A stretch of DNA of 64,000 bases, from the NCBI RefSeq assembly GCF_037042905.1, contig NC_087251.1:35094001-35158000 (forward strand), in the 5' to 3' direction. Below the pieces are notes generated by a model, which did no database searches, was not told where the DNA came from, and saw only the letters and a program-made list of their open reading frames with translations. Source of the DNA: Lytechinus pictus. Taxonomy: Eukaryota. Shown piece by piece: positions 40,747 to 52,222 of the stretch; the stretch's first letter is position 1, and each line of letters starts with the position of its first letter. The translations under genes and the position numbers were made by a program.

Positions 40747-40924
40747 GGCATGGTGACACAGTGGTAGAGCATCTACCTCATGAACGGAGGACCCATGGGT
40801 TCGATCCCCGGCAAAGTCATGCCAAAGAAATTGAAACTGTCTTCAAGCTCAGCATAGGGCCCGCTTGAAGAGCCGTGTACTAACCAAAATGACTAACATC
40901 GGTTAATAAAATGTTTTATTATAA
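40747..40924 (+). mobile_element. Degenerate tRNA-derived SINE immediately upstream of exon e
   Basis: Box A-like tggtgacacagtggtagagc, box B ggttcgatccc, body aagtcatgccaaaga...gctcagca, AT-rich end. Confidence 0.7.
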
Positions 40925-40948
40925 CACCCCTTCTCATTTTTTTTATAG

Positions 40949-41074
40949 ATGTGGATGAATGCACTGCATTTGACAACATCTGCATGCACGGTACTTGTCT
41001 GAACTCACAGGGTAGCTACAGGTGTCGTTGTGATGAGGGCTACATGTCGGATACATCAGGAACACAGTGTGTAG
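40949..41074 (+). CDS. Exon e: calcium-binding EGF domain ([42 protein letters not shown])
   Basis: Acceptor ttctcattttttttatag, donor g|gtgagt; 126 bp, phase 1-1; D-x-D-E-C and C-x-N-x-x-G-S-Y-x-C cbEGF consensus. Not in the ORF track on this strand. Confidence 0.95.
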
Positions 41075-42654
41075 GTGAGTACTGCACTTTGAGCTTGTGG
41101 ATATAGCATTGGTGTGGCAACTATAGCCAACGGACAGTATTTGCAATTTTTCTTACCACCATGTGGTGTATTGGTATTGTGTCAGACACGCAGGTGTGTA
41201 CTGCACTTGTGGTTGTGGATACTGCAAAAACTGCAAGGCCGTAGATGCAGGGAGTTAACTCCCTGGTAGATGAAACGACTTGGGTAAAGTTTGTCGAATG
41301 CTCATTTTCCCGTTGGCTGTTAATTCACATATATTGGCTTCATACAGGGGCCATGCTGTTCCAGATAGCAGCGGCTTATAACTAGTGATGTAGGCCAATT
41401 TAGGCCTACATGATTTTTATTAGGTGCTATTAGGTGTTAAGCGACTGTGGTTACTCCCCTTTCAGTGCAATTTTCGTTGTGTAAAATACATACCACCAGT
41501 CCCTCGGTGGTCTTTTAATGGCGTATGTAATGTAGGATAATCCAGGTTTAAGATAAGAGGCGTGTCAGAACCGTCTCTTGCAAATCTTGATGATACAATT
41601 CAGACATTTCGGACCACATTAACTTACAATGCTTTATTGCAGGATTAACGGAGACCATTTAACTTTTAGTACCTATCTCACAATCTACCTATTCATCCGT
41701 ATACACTTTCCAATAAACGGAAAAGTAGATGTCGGCGATGATTTACCCTCTTTTATCTATTCACCGTCTTCTATCGTTCTGTATAATTATTATTCTCGTT
41801 TTTAAATAAGCACATTCCTCTTCTTTTAAACATTATATTTTGTTAGGCCTACATGAAGTAAAAAAACCATGTCCCTCTTCAGGCTCTTGAACGCCACAAT
41901 TGTCTATTATTGCTACGTGCGAAATTATATGAAATGGTAAGGGGTTTGCTAAACGTTAAAGGCCTCGCAACCTTTTCAAATCATGAGACGCAGTCCTTGA
42001 AATAAGCAGTCTTTTTTAACGCATTCACTTGATGATCAAAACAAGATTTTCCCTCTCTTAAAGAGGTGTTTATGCGGTAAGTACTTTCTATATCCACCAT
42101 TTAAGGAGATGTTTTTAACAAAAATCCCTGGCAGAAAACGATAAAAACTGTTTGGCGTTCTTGGTTTGTTTCAATCGATAGCGATCGTTTTTACTGTTTT
42201 TACATATTTTAGAGTAATATTGGTGAGGTCTATACGCTAGAACTTGGAAATACACTAGTGAATTGATGAGGGACATGCGAAGTTTTGACGTGTGTCTCGT
42301 ATTTATTTTTCAACAAACTGTTATTATCGCCAAGAATAATTATGTCAATTACGTATTGGTGAGGCATCGAGGCGTTTCGTGTTTCGTGTCTTTACGGACC
42401 ACCTTGTTTATGAGATAACTTGTGTGTGGTCTTAATGGCGGCACGTACCTTTATTCTTGTATTTTCTTCTTTTGTTATCTAGCGTGCTTTTATATAGATG
42501 AATCATTAGTGTGTCAAAAACATAGTGGAAATAATTTTTGACGAAAGACACTTTGTGTACGTGCAAATTCTTGTTCTTGAGTGCGTTATGTGCAAAAACG
42601 ATATAAAACATTTGAGGATTCTTCATTGTTAATATCTTATGTCCTGATTATCCC

Positions 42655-42845
42655 TCTCCTCTTCTTCTTAACTTTCTTTCTTTCTTTTTTCCTTTTTCTT
42701 TCTTATTCTTCTTCATCTTCTTCTTCTACTTCTTGTAACGTCGTCGTCATCGTCATCATCTTCTTATTCTTATTATTATTATTCGTCTTCTTCGTTTCCC
42801 TTTTCCATTTTCTTCTCCTTGTTTTTATTTTTAAATTATTCTTCA
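42655..42845. repeat. (TTC/TCG/TTA)n low-complexity tract
   Basis: Direct reading. Confidence 0.85.
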
Positions 42846-42872
42846 ACTTCTCTACCAATACTATACCATCTT

Positions 42873-42965
42873 TGGAGAGGACCTTAAGCCGTCGGTCCTC
42901 TGGTTGCTTGCTTACAAGCATTCATGCTTTCTTAGCAATCAGGTAAAAAATCACCACCAATCACC
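42873..42965 (+). mobile_element. 5'-truncated copy of the SINE at 19872
   Basis: aggaccttaagccgtcggtcctc..gttgcttgcttac.agcattcatgctttcttagcaat.aggtaaaaaa is near identical to about 19995-20077. Confidence 0.9.
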
Positions 42966-43082
42966 AATTTTTGCTTTATCCTCGATGTTAATGACTATAA
43001 GCTTTCTTTCCATTTCATCTACATTCTTCCCTAATAGACTGATACACATGTAGGAGAAGGCGGAAATTATTACATGAGAAGA

Positions 43083-43590
43083 GGAAAATTGACCACCATC
43101 CGAAGCAAAATGTAACCCCCCGCAGAAAACTCTCTTTGGAACACGATTACGAAATAATTGTAATTATAGTCATTATAGTGACAACAGGAGTACTAGTAGG
43201 AAAATTAACTGTCATCCGAAGCAAATTGTAAAAGAAAAACCCGCAGAAAACCTTCTTTGGAGCACAATGATTATGAAATGAATGTAATTGTAATCATTAT
43301 ACACTGTTATAGTGACAGCAGAAGTATAGTAGGAAAATTAACCATCATCCGAAGCAATATGTAAAAAAAACACCGCAGAAAACCTTCGTTGGAACACAAT
43401 GATTACGAAATAAATGTGTTTCATATTCATTATAGTGACAGAAGGAGTACTAATACGAAAATTTACCATCATCCGAAGCAAAATGTAGAAAAAAAAAACC
43501 CGCAGAAAACCCTCTTTGGAACACAATGATTGCGAAATAAATATGTTTTTATATTCATTACGGTGAAAGCAGGAGTATAACAGGAGTAAA
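43083..43590. repeat. Diverged tandem repeat, 4 copies of about 115-135 bp
   Basis: catccgaagcaa...ccgcagaaaac...ttgga.cac recurs near 43097, 43213, 43346 and 43470. Confidence 0.9.
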
Positions 43591-43599
43591 ACTTTCTGT

Positions 43600-43860
43600 T
43601 GTTATTAGTGATTTTGATTTATTTTTACTATTATGTATTGCATTTTTTCTTTCTCATTGATTATTATGTTCATTTTGTTGACTATTTTGATGTAATATTG
43701 TTTTGTTATGTTTTTAATTCTATTGATACAGGGCCCCTTGGTCGAGCAGTTTTTGTAACTGAAAGGGCTACCCTGTTAGAATAAAACGACAAATAAATAA
43801 ATAAATACAAAAATAAATAGATGAATAAATAGATAAATGAATAAATAAATAAATAAATAA
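43600..43860 (+). mobile_element. Isolated LINE-type 3' end: T-rich UTR, stem-loop and (AATA)n tail
   Basis: Stem-loop cagggccccttg...cagtt/aactg...aagggctaccctg (43729-43775), AATAAA at 43780, then (aata)n. Confidence 0.65.
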
Positions 43861-44847
43861 TATGTTTGTTATTGATCTCAAACTGAAAAACGTATTGATT
43901 TCAGATTATGGTTTATGATTTTCCTTCCCTGTTTATACTTAAAAAAGCGTGAATTTAAAAAGTTATTTTCTTGTACCCATCTTCACATTTTTTTTATTCA
44001 CCCAGACTTCGTTGAATATGTCATCGAGGAATATTGTGACTCTCAGTGGCATTCCTTCAAGTACGATAATGTTTATTGTTTTGCGGATATTTTTTTTTGG
44101 TGCCGTACCTCACGTAGTTTCCCTTCTGATATTGCGATAACATGAATTCACTTTCAACAGGTTTATATAGGTATAAAGGTAGGGAGTAAAAATGAGAAGA
44201 GGAAGGGAGAGAGAGGCAAACAGACAGTGAGGATAAGGAGATAAATGGGGAGATGGAGGGAGCCTGAGAGAGAAAGAGAGGGGGGAGGGGGGCATAGACG
44301 AGATCATTTCTAATCCGGCATTCGAAGCATTCTATTCAATGCGAATTAATCTTTAGTTTATTTTAGCAATCACATGATATTGCTCATTTGATATAGCTTT
44401 GAATCTAGGATGGTCTGAATATCTAAAGTAATTCCATGTTTTATGAACATGTAGGCCTACTGGAGCAGAACTCGTCTTCATTTCTTTCTGTGATATCGGA
44501 CGATATCACATCTTTCAGTAAGCACTTTAGCGTTAATCTCATCCCGTGTATACCTAGCACTGATTGTGTGTTTGTTTTTCAAACACCTAGAGAAATGGGA
44601 CTTCTTATCCGTCGTCGTTGCCTCACATATCAACACCCCACCCTGTAGTGCGTGCTTGACCTCTTGAAGTGACCCGAATCCGGCATCTCTCTTCAAGCGC
44701 GATATCCAATCGTGTCCAGCGAGTGTGACCGTCAGCGGTTGCATGTTTACGCTTCGATGTGTGCCACGCCCATCCATATTTTTGCCATTGGAAATGGGGA
44801 GGGGCTCATTTTGTGAACAGACATACTAGTGAATCTTGCATGGAGTG

Positions 44848-45067
44848 CAGTAGCGTAATGATTTATTATCTTTCAGGGGGGCAGACATGCTGTATGGGAC
44901 AATATTTGTTAAAATCGGCGAGCGACCGAAGCGAAAAAATGACCATCTTGATACGAAAATATAATTTTGTGATTGATTTCAAGGCCATATTTCACCCTCT
45001 TTCCTTTCTTTTTTCTCTCTCCATTTTTTTTGTTCGTGATACTTTTTTCTTGGGGGGGGGGGGGGGT
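44848..45067 (+). mobile_element. Left part of a hAT-like MITE, cut off at its poly-G by the satellite-bearing element
   Basis: Starts cagtagcgtaatga; shares gtatggga..gcgagcg..catatttcaccc..pyrimidine tract with the complete copy at 54248-54662. Confidence 0.6.
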
Positions 45068-48010
45068 GTGTTGCACCCACAAATGTAATAACGCCCACAA
45101 ATGTAATAACGCCCACAAATGTAATAACACTTTACCCACAAATGTAATAACGCCCACAAATGTAATAACACTTTACCCACAAATGTAATAATTTCACCCA
45201 CAAATGTAATAATGCACTTTACCCACAAATGTAATAATTTTTGATCGCCCACAAATGTAATAATGACTTTACCCACAAATGTAATAAATTTGAAGGGATT
45301 TTTGGCGAATCCGTTCTAAACTAAAATCTTATAGTAATGCCTTCATAAAGCACAAATGTGCAAAGTCTTTTTTCCAGACCCGGTTAATAAGACATTATAG
45401 TACAAGTCCAAAGTCTTTTTCCAAACCCGGTTGTTTCAAAATTAAAATATACATCCAAAGTCTTTCTTCCAGACCCACTTGTTACAAAAATTACAATATA
45501 AGTCCAAAGTCTTTTTTTCAGACCCGGTTGTTTCAATAATTAAAATATAAGTCCAAAGTGTTTTTTCAGACCCGGTTGTTTAAAAAATTATAATATATGT
45601 CCAAAGTCTTTTTTTCCAGACCCGGTTGTTTCAAAAATAATAACATAAGTCCAAAGTCTTTTTTTTAGACCCGGTTGTTTAAAAAATTATTATAAGTCCA
45701 AAGTCTTTTTCCAGACCCGGTTGTTTCAAAAATTATAATATATGTCCAAAGTCTTTTTTTCCAGACCCGGTTGTTTCAAAAATAATAATATAAGTCCAAA
45801 GTCTTTTTCCAGACCCGGTTGTTTCAAAAATTATAATATATGTCCAAAGTCTTTTTTTCCAGACCCGGTTGTTTCAAAAATAATAATATAAGTCCAAAGT
45901 CTTTTTTCCAGACCCGGTTGTTTCCAAAATTATAATATAAGTCCAAAGTCTTTTTTTCAGACCTGGTTGTTTCAAAAATCTTAATATAAGTCCAAACTAA
46001 GATACAATAATGATATTCCAGTGGGGAAAAAAATGAGAATCGAGCTTAGTCTTTTCTCCAGACCTAGTTAATTAAAACTGGTGGAATTAATGTCTTTGTT
46101 GTTCTTTCAACTTATATGGCATATATTGTGAATATATGCGCTAAGAGTAAATTGAGAATCAAGCATAGTCTTTTCTCCAGACCCAGTTACTTAAAATTAA
46201 AACTAAACCCTATAGCACTGCGTTTATATAGCACAAAAGTGCAGTCTTTTTTCCAGACCTGGATAATTAAACAATTACAATACAAGTCCAAAGTCTTTTT
46301 TCCAGACCCGGTTGTAAAAAAAATTATAATATAAGTCCAAGTCTTTTTCCAGACCCGGTTGTTTCAAAAATAATAATATAAGTCCAAAGTCTTTTTCCAG
46401 ACCCGGTTGTTTCAAAAATTATAATATATGTCCAAAGTCTTTTTTTCCAGACCCGGTTGTTTCAAAAATAATAATATAAGTCCAAAGTCTTTTTTCCAGA
46501 CCCGGTTGTTTCAAAAATTATAATATAAGTCCAAAGTCTTTTTTTCAGACCTGGTTGTTTCAAAAATTATAATATAAGTCCAAAGTCTTTTTTTCAGACC
46601 TGGTTGTTTCAAAAATCTTAATATAAGTCGAAACTAAGATACAATAATGATATTCCAGTGGGAAAAAAAATTAGAATCGAGCTTAGTCTTTTCTCCAGAC
46701 CTAGTTAATTAAAACTGGTGGAATTAATGTCTTTGTTGTTCTTTCAACTTATATGGCATATATTGTGAATATATGCGCTAAGAGTAAATTGAGAATCAAG
46801 CATAGTCTTTTCTCCAGACCCGGTTACTTAAAATTAAAACTAAACCCTATAGCACTGCGTTCATATAGCACAAAAGTGCAGTCTTTTTTCCAGACCTGGA
46901 TAATTAAACAATTACAATACAAGTCCAAAGTCTTTTTTCCAGACCCGGTTGTTTAAAAAATGTTAATATAAGTCCAAAGTCTTTTTCCAGACCTGTTTAT
47001 TTCAAAAATTTTAATATAAGTCCATACTAAGATACGATAATGATATTCCAGTGGAATAAAAAATGAGAATCGAGCTTAGTCTTTTCTCCAGACCCAGTTA
47101 ATTAAAACTAGTGGAATTAATGTCTTTGTTGTTGTTTTAACTTATACGGCGTATATTGTGAATATATGCGCTAAGGGTAAATTGAGAATCAAGCGTACTC
47201 TTTCCTCCAGACCCGGCTATTCAAAAAATGAATTAAAAAACTCCAAATCTAAGACCAATTTTCCAAAGTTTCACCCAGTAAAAAAATATGTCTTTACCCC
47301 ACACCCATTTTTTTTTTAATAATACTACGACCAGGGCCGAAAATTTCTCCCAAAAGGTAGGGGGACAAGGGTCTGGAAAATTTGACAAGCAAAAAAAAAA
47401 AAAGGGTTATCACCCGAAAGTAAGGTCATCTCGTCCTAAAATACATGTTTTATTTCGATTTTGAATGATGAATTTCTTACCATCATAGAAGACCAGAAAT
47501 AGTAGGGGGAACATTTGATAGTGTGTCCCCCTACTATTTTGAGTAGGGGGGACACGTCCCCCTGTCCCCCTGGGATTTCCGCCCATGACTACGACCCCTA
47601 CAAAACATTGTAATAATGCATGGGTTAAGCAAACCTCCTTTCTCCAGACTTGGTTATTATTTAAAAAAAATAAAATAGTTTTTACAAATATTCTAAAACG
47701 AATACCCAATAATAAAATTACTGTGGAATAACATGAAGGCCGACTGTCGAAGATCGACTTTCCTCCAGACACAATTATTTCAAGAATAAAAAATCAATAA
47801 AACCCAACCCCCAACAACGAATCTGAGAACCAACAATCCTCCAAATTAAGACCATGCATGTAGAAAAGCACATGTTTAGAGCGTTGTCTTTATTCCAGAC
47901 CCAGTAATTTAAAATTGATTTTAACAATCTTAAAAACAGAAGACTTTGTCATATTCTTATTCTTGTGGAATAACACGAGTATTATGCTTAGTCTTTCGTC
48001 TAGACTCGGC
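45068..48010. repeat. Complex satellite-bearing element: terminal cccacaaatgtaataa arrays, about 48-bp subrepeats and higher-order blocks
   Basis: About 10 copies of cccacaaatgtaataa (45076-45287); many ccagacccggttgtttcaaaa..aatataagtccaaagtc units; a spacer block starting actaagatac recurs near 45996, 46633 and 47026. Confidence 0.9.
47332..47587. mobile_element. hAT-like MITE with perfect 8-bp TSD
   Basis: TSD actacgac at 47324-47331 and 47588-47595; imperfect TIRs cagggccgaaaat / atttccgcccatg. Confidence 0.88.
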
Positions 48011-48383
48011 TCCTCAAAGCCTGATTTAGAGATTAGAGATCGTAGAGGTTGGACGTGTTTTGCAGGTGCTCTGACATTTTGTGCGATTTTGCCGTGTTTC
48101 GAGACATTTTGTGAAAACGATTTATATGGTTGCATCAGGGACGGAATAGTGAATATCAAGGATATACTCGTTTTTCGATTGGATAACTTATTTGGATGTT
48201 ATCGAACGTTTTTTGCTTGAAATTTTGATCATTTTGGAAAGGAAGGTGTCAAAAAACTTCTAAAAATAACATCATTTACGCGTCATTGCCTAGCAACGCA
48301 CCTTACTTACGCACCTAGCTGACACGCGCTGTTATCTCTACGAAACCTGAAACATTACGTAACAATACAAACTGGGCCTACTG

Positions 48384-49181
48384 ATGCCAGCGCCACCGAA
48401 GAAATCTAAGCAGCAAGCTGCTAATGAAGGAGATGATCTCCTTGATGTAATAAAGAACTTAAGAGATGAAGTTTCGATGCTTTCCAGCTCTATGAATAAT
48501 AAATTCTCGGTTCTGGAATCTGCCATCAGTGATGTACGAGGAGGCCAGCAAGACATCGTTAGGTCTCTCTCTTTCTTGGAAGAAAAGTACGAAGAGATGA
48601 AAGTAACAACGGAGCGACTTGAGAGAGAGAATAAGGGACTACAGAATGAGAACCAGGCACTTAAGAAAAGGGTAGATGTCCTTGATCGTCAAGTTCAGGA
48701 CCTCGACCAGTATCATAGGAGGCAAAACCTTGAGATCGCTGGGATTCCAGAAGAGAAGCAGGAGAACCCAGCAGATGTAGCATTGATCATCTCCAAAAGG
48801 ATCGACCCAGATATCACCGCTGGCGACATCGATATTGCACACCGCCTCGGAGCACCGAAACCGTCTGCCAAGCACCCAAGACCAATAATTGTCAGGTTTA
48901 CCAATCGAAGGGCTAGGAATGCTGTCTATGATGGTAGGAAGCATCTACGGGGCACAACTTCTGCGGATCTTGGAATCAACCTTCGCAGCACTTTGAAGAT
49001 CTTCGTCAACGAGAACCTCGTCGGTGCAACAAGAGAGCTGCTAGGACTCGCCAATGGAGCTAGAAAAAATGCTGGGTACAAGTTCTTATGGACTTACAAT
49101 GGAAAAATATATGTCAGGAAGGACGAGAAATCAGCTCCTGTCATCATATTCTCGAAAGAAGATATTTCGAAGCTGAAATAA
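48384..49181 (+). CDS. LINE ORF1 protein, 265 aa: coiled coil + L1-ORF1-type RRM + C-terminal domain
   Basis: Heptad-rich region (LEEKYEEMKVTTERLERENKGLQNENQALKKRVDVL) followed by motifs LDQYHRRQNLEIAGIPE, IDIAHRLG, RPIIVRF, IFVNENL, GYKFLWTYNGKIYVRK. Confidence 0.9.
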   Translation: MPAPPKKSKQQAANEGDDLLDVIKNLRDEVSMLSSSMNNKFSVLESAISDVRGGQQDIVRSLSFLEEKYEEMKVTTERLERENKGLQNENQALKKRVDVLDRQVQDLDQYHRRQNLEIAGIPEEKQENPADVALIISKRIDPDITAGDIDIAHRLGAPKPSAKHPRPIIVRFTNRRARNAVYDGRKHLRGTTSADLGINLRSTLKIFVNENLVGATRELLGLANGARKNAGYKFLWTYNGKIYVRKDEKSAPVIIFSKEDISKLK

Positions 49182-49225
49182 CTGTAAATATGTAATGTCT
49201 TTATTTTTTCTTTTACGTAATACTT

Positions 49226-52222
49226 ATGAACGTAATGGATACTACACTTATCAACAGAATTTCGCTTAATGATAACGAAGAACTTGACCCATTTCAAATA
49301 ACAACAGCATCACTTTCTCCTGAAAATTTTTCCTCGACAAAAGCTTTTTCTCAGCCATTCTCCATTTCGCACGTGAATGTGAGATCTTTGAATCGCAATT
49401 TTGAAATGTTGAAAGAAGTATATGAAGATGAATTGAAATCATTTTTTGATATAGTCGCATTATCAGAAGTTTGGAATGTTAAAGACGTAAATCATTTTTT
49501 AATGCCAGGGTATAATCTTGAATTACAATGTAGAAATACTACAAGAGGAGGAGGAGTTGGTGCTTATATTCATTCAGGACTTAATTACAAACGAATGCCT
49601 AATTTGTCCTTGCACAATGCTGAATCATTATGGCTGAAAATTCTCATTCAGGATGTGAGTATCATATTTGGGGTAATTTATAGAAAACCAGACAGTAACT
49701 TTGAAGAATTTAGTCTTGATCTCAACGAGCAATTGCATAACTTGAATCTAGACAGAAACCATTGCATTATTGTAGGAGATTTCAATATAAATCTTTTATC
49801 TCCAACTGAAAGTTGTCGTGATTTTATTCACATGACAGAATGTTATGGCTTACGTCAGTTGATAACAAGTCCAACAAGAATAACAAGTTCTAGCATATCT
49901 CTCATTGACCATTTTTATACTAATATATATGCCTATCCTATTCAAGCAGGGTGTATTGAAGTAGATATTTCTGACCATCTCCCAGTTTACTCCGTTTTTA
50001 AGAACTTCAAGTGTGTTAAACAAAGAAAAAATAGTGTAACACGGAGAAACTTTCATAATTTTTCAATAGATTCATTTTGTAATGATCTACATGTTACTAC
50101 TAATTTTTGGGAAAGCGTTTTAGAATGTATGGATCCTAATGAAGCTTATAATATTTTCCAAAGACAGTTCTTATTTGTTTGTAATAAACATGCTCCTATT
50201 GAGACAAAATGTGTTAAACAGAAAAAGAAAAATAAACCCTGGATAACACGGTGTATTAAGCGTTCAATATCGACAAAGCACAGACTTTTTTCTCAAGTTA
50301 TAAAATCAAATTATAATAAAGATTGTTTGAGTAAATATAAAAAATACAGAAATCAGTTAACAGCCGTCTTAAGGAAAGCAAAGCAAATGCATTATGAACA
50401 TAAGTTTGAGGCAGACAAAAAAGATTCAAAGAAAACTTGGAATCATATCAATGAACTTTTGAATAAAAATAGTGGCTCGAATCTGAATTCAAAAATTAAC
50501 AAATTAGTTGTTAACCAAGAAAATGAACCTTCCGAAATTACTTCATCTATTGATATAGCAAATTCACTCAACAATTATTTCTCTACTATTGGGAAAAATC
50601 TAGCTGAGAAAATTGAGCAGCCAAATGTTAATTACCGAGAGTTCATGGGTCCATACATTAGTCAAACATTTTTCTTCCTGCCAATAACAAGTTCAGAAGT
50701 TAAAGAAATGTTATACACTCTTGATCAATCTAAAGCAAGTGGCTATGATGACATATCAGTTCGACTGTTGAAATATGCTATGAATTGCATTAGCAAACCT
50801 CTTTCGCATATATTCAATCTATCATTTACCACAGGCATTTTTCCAGATAAATTAAAAGTTGCAAGAGTTATACCAGTTTTCAAAAAGGGAGATAAAGAAT
50901 TACCTGGAAATTATAGACCAATATCGATTTTACCCGCGATTAGCAAAATATTTGAAAAACTAGTGAATGTACGATTGATGAAATTCATAGAAAAGAATGA
51001 AATATTGTATAAACACCAATATGGTTTTAGAAATGGATACAGTACGAAACTTTCCCTGATAAATCTGATTAATCAAATTACAAGATATACCGATGAAGGA
51101 AAGGTGACAGTAGGAATATTCATCGATTTTGCTAAAGCTTTTGATACAATTAATCATTCTATTCTCATTAAGAAACTAGAACACTATGGCATTCGTGGTA
51201 AGGCAGTAGAATGGTTTAATGATTATTTACGAAACAGAAAGCAATTTGTTAATTATGATGGTGTAAATTCCGAATACAGGTCGATTTCATGCGGTATTCC
51301 ACAAGGATCCGTTTTGGGTCCTACTATGTTCTTGTTGTATATAAACGATCTGGCAAACTCATCAAATTATTTCAATTTCCGTCTTTTTGCGGATGACTCA
51401 AATTTATTTCATACTTTCAATTGTGATGAACAACATATTGATTTATCAGAAATTAGTCTCAATTTAAACAATATAATAGCATGGTGCAATGCCAACAAAT
51501 TGACAATCAATGTTACGAAAACTAAATATATGTTGTTTAAAAATAGACGAAAAAATATTATGATATCAGGACAATTGTCACTGAAAGGAACTTTATTAGA
51601 GTGTGTTGAATCAACATTATTTCTTGGTATATGTATCGACAAAAACCTTACATGGAAGAAACAGGTTGACATTGTCTGCAATGTGCTAAGCAAAAAAATT
51701 GGAATACTTTATAGATTGAGGAATTATGTAACAAAGAGAATCTTAGTTATGTTATACAACTCATTTATTTTACCACATATAACGTATGGTCTGGAAGTAT
51801 GGGGTGGGACGTGCAAAACAACCCTGAACCCTATATTATTACTTCAAAAACGAATAGCTAGAATAATGACGTTCAACCATCATACTTATCACTCTGCTCC
51901 TTTATTTTATGATCTAAATATTCTCGATATTTTCAAACAATACCAATATTTGATAGGAGTATTTATGCACGATTTAATTAATAATCGGTTGCCGCATAGT
52001 TTTATTGATTATTTTTCATTTATAAACCATCCTTACAATACAAGAAATAGAGAAAAGCGAAATGTTAATCTTGACAAAAATAATACCAATTTGGGAAAAC
52101 AATCAATTTCATTTTCTGGTCCTACTTTATGGAATCTTCTGCCAAGTAATGTTAGAAACACCCCCAGTCGTAAGATATTTAGCAAATCGTTAAAATTAAT
52201 GCTACTGGAAGATTATAATTAA
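49226..52222 (+). CDS. LINE ORF2 protein, 998 aa: APE-type endonuclease + reverse transcriptase
   Basis: Endonuclease motifs NVRSL, LSEVW, GGGVG, IYRKP, VGDFN, IDH, SDHLPV; RT motifs NYRPISIL, QYGFR, DFAKAFD, GIPQGSVLGP, FADD. No stops or frameshifts. Confidence 0.96.
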   Translation: MNVMDTTLINRISLNDNEELDPFQITTASLSPENFSSTKAFSQPFSISHVNVRSLNRNFEMLKEVYEDELKSFFDIVALSEVWNVKDVNHFLMPGYNLELQCRNTTRGGGVGAYIHSGLNYKRMPNLSLHNAESLWLKILIQDVSIIFGVIYRKPDSNFEEFSLDLNEQLHNLNLDRNHCIIVGDFNINLLSPTESCRDFIHMTECYGLRQLITSPTRITSSSISLIDHFYTNIYAYPIQAGCIEVDISDHLPVYSVFKNFKCVKQRKNSVTRRNFHNFSIDSFCNDLHVTTNFWESVLECMDPNEAYNIFQRQFLFVCNKHAPIETKCVKQKKKNKPWITRCIKRSISTKHRLFSQVIKSNYNKDCLSKYKKYRNQLTAVLRKAKQMHYEHKFEADKKDSKKTWNHINELLNKNSGSNLNSKINKLVVNQENEPSEITSSIDIANSLNNYFSTIGKNLAEKIEQPNVNYREFMGPYISQTFFFLPITSSEVKEMLYTLDQSKASGYDDISVRLLKYAMNCISKPLSHIFNLSFTTGIFPDKLKVARVIPVFKKGDKELPGNYRPISILPAISKIFEKLVNVRLMKFIEKNEILYKHQYGFRNGYSTKLSLINLINQITRYTDEGKVTVGIFIDFAKAFDTINHSILIKKLEHYGIRGKAVEWFNDYLRNRKQFVNYDGVNSEYRSISCGIPQGSVLGPTMFLLYINDLANSSNYFNFRLFADDSNLFHTFNCDEQHIDLSEISLNLNNIIAWCNANKLTINVTKTKYMLFKNRRKNIMISGQLSLKGTLLECVESTLFLGICIDKNLTWKKQVDIVCNVLSKKIGILYRLRNYVTKRILVMLYNSFILPHITYGLEVWGGTCKTTLNPILLLQKRIARIMTFNHHTYHSAPLFYDLNILDIFKQYQYLIGVFMHDLINNRLPHSFIDYFSFINHPYNTRNREKRNVNLDKNNTNLGKQSISFSGPTLWNLLPSNVRNTPSRKIFSKSLKLMLLEDYN

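Noticed and set aside
46116..46956. Two near-identical 67-72 aa ORFs
   Set aside because: Lie within the 637-bp higher-order repeat; no coding hallmarks.
45076..47220. CRISPR-like appearance of regularly spaced repeats (also 43083-43590)
   Set aside because: Intervening sequences are themselves repeated rather than unique spacers; no cas genes; eukaryotic intron context.
48338..51693. Short minus-strand ORFs overlapping the LINE
   Set aside because: Antisense shadows of ORF1 and ORF2 with no recognisable motifs.
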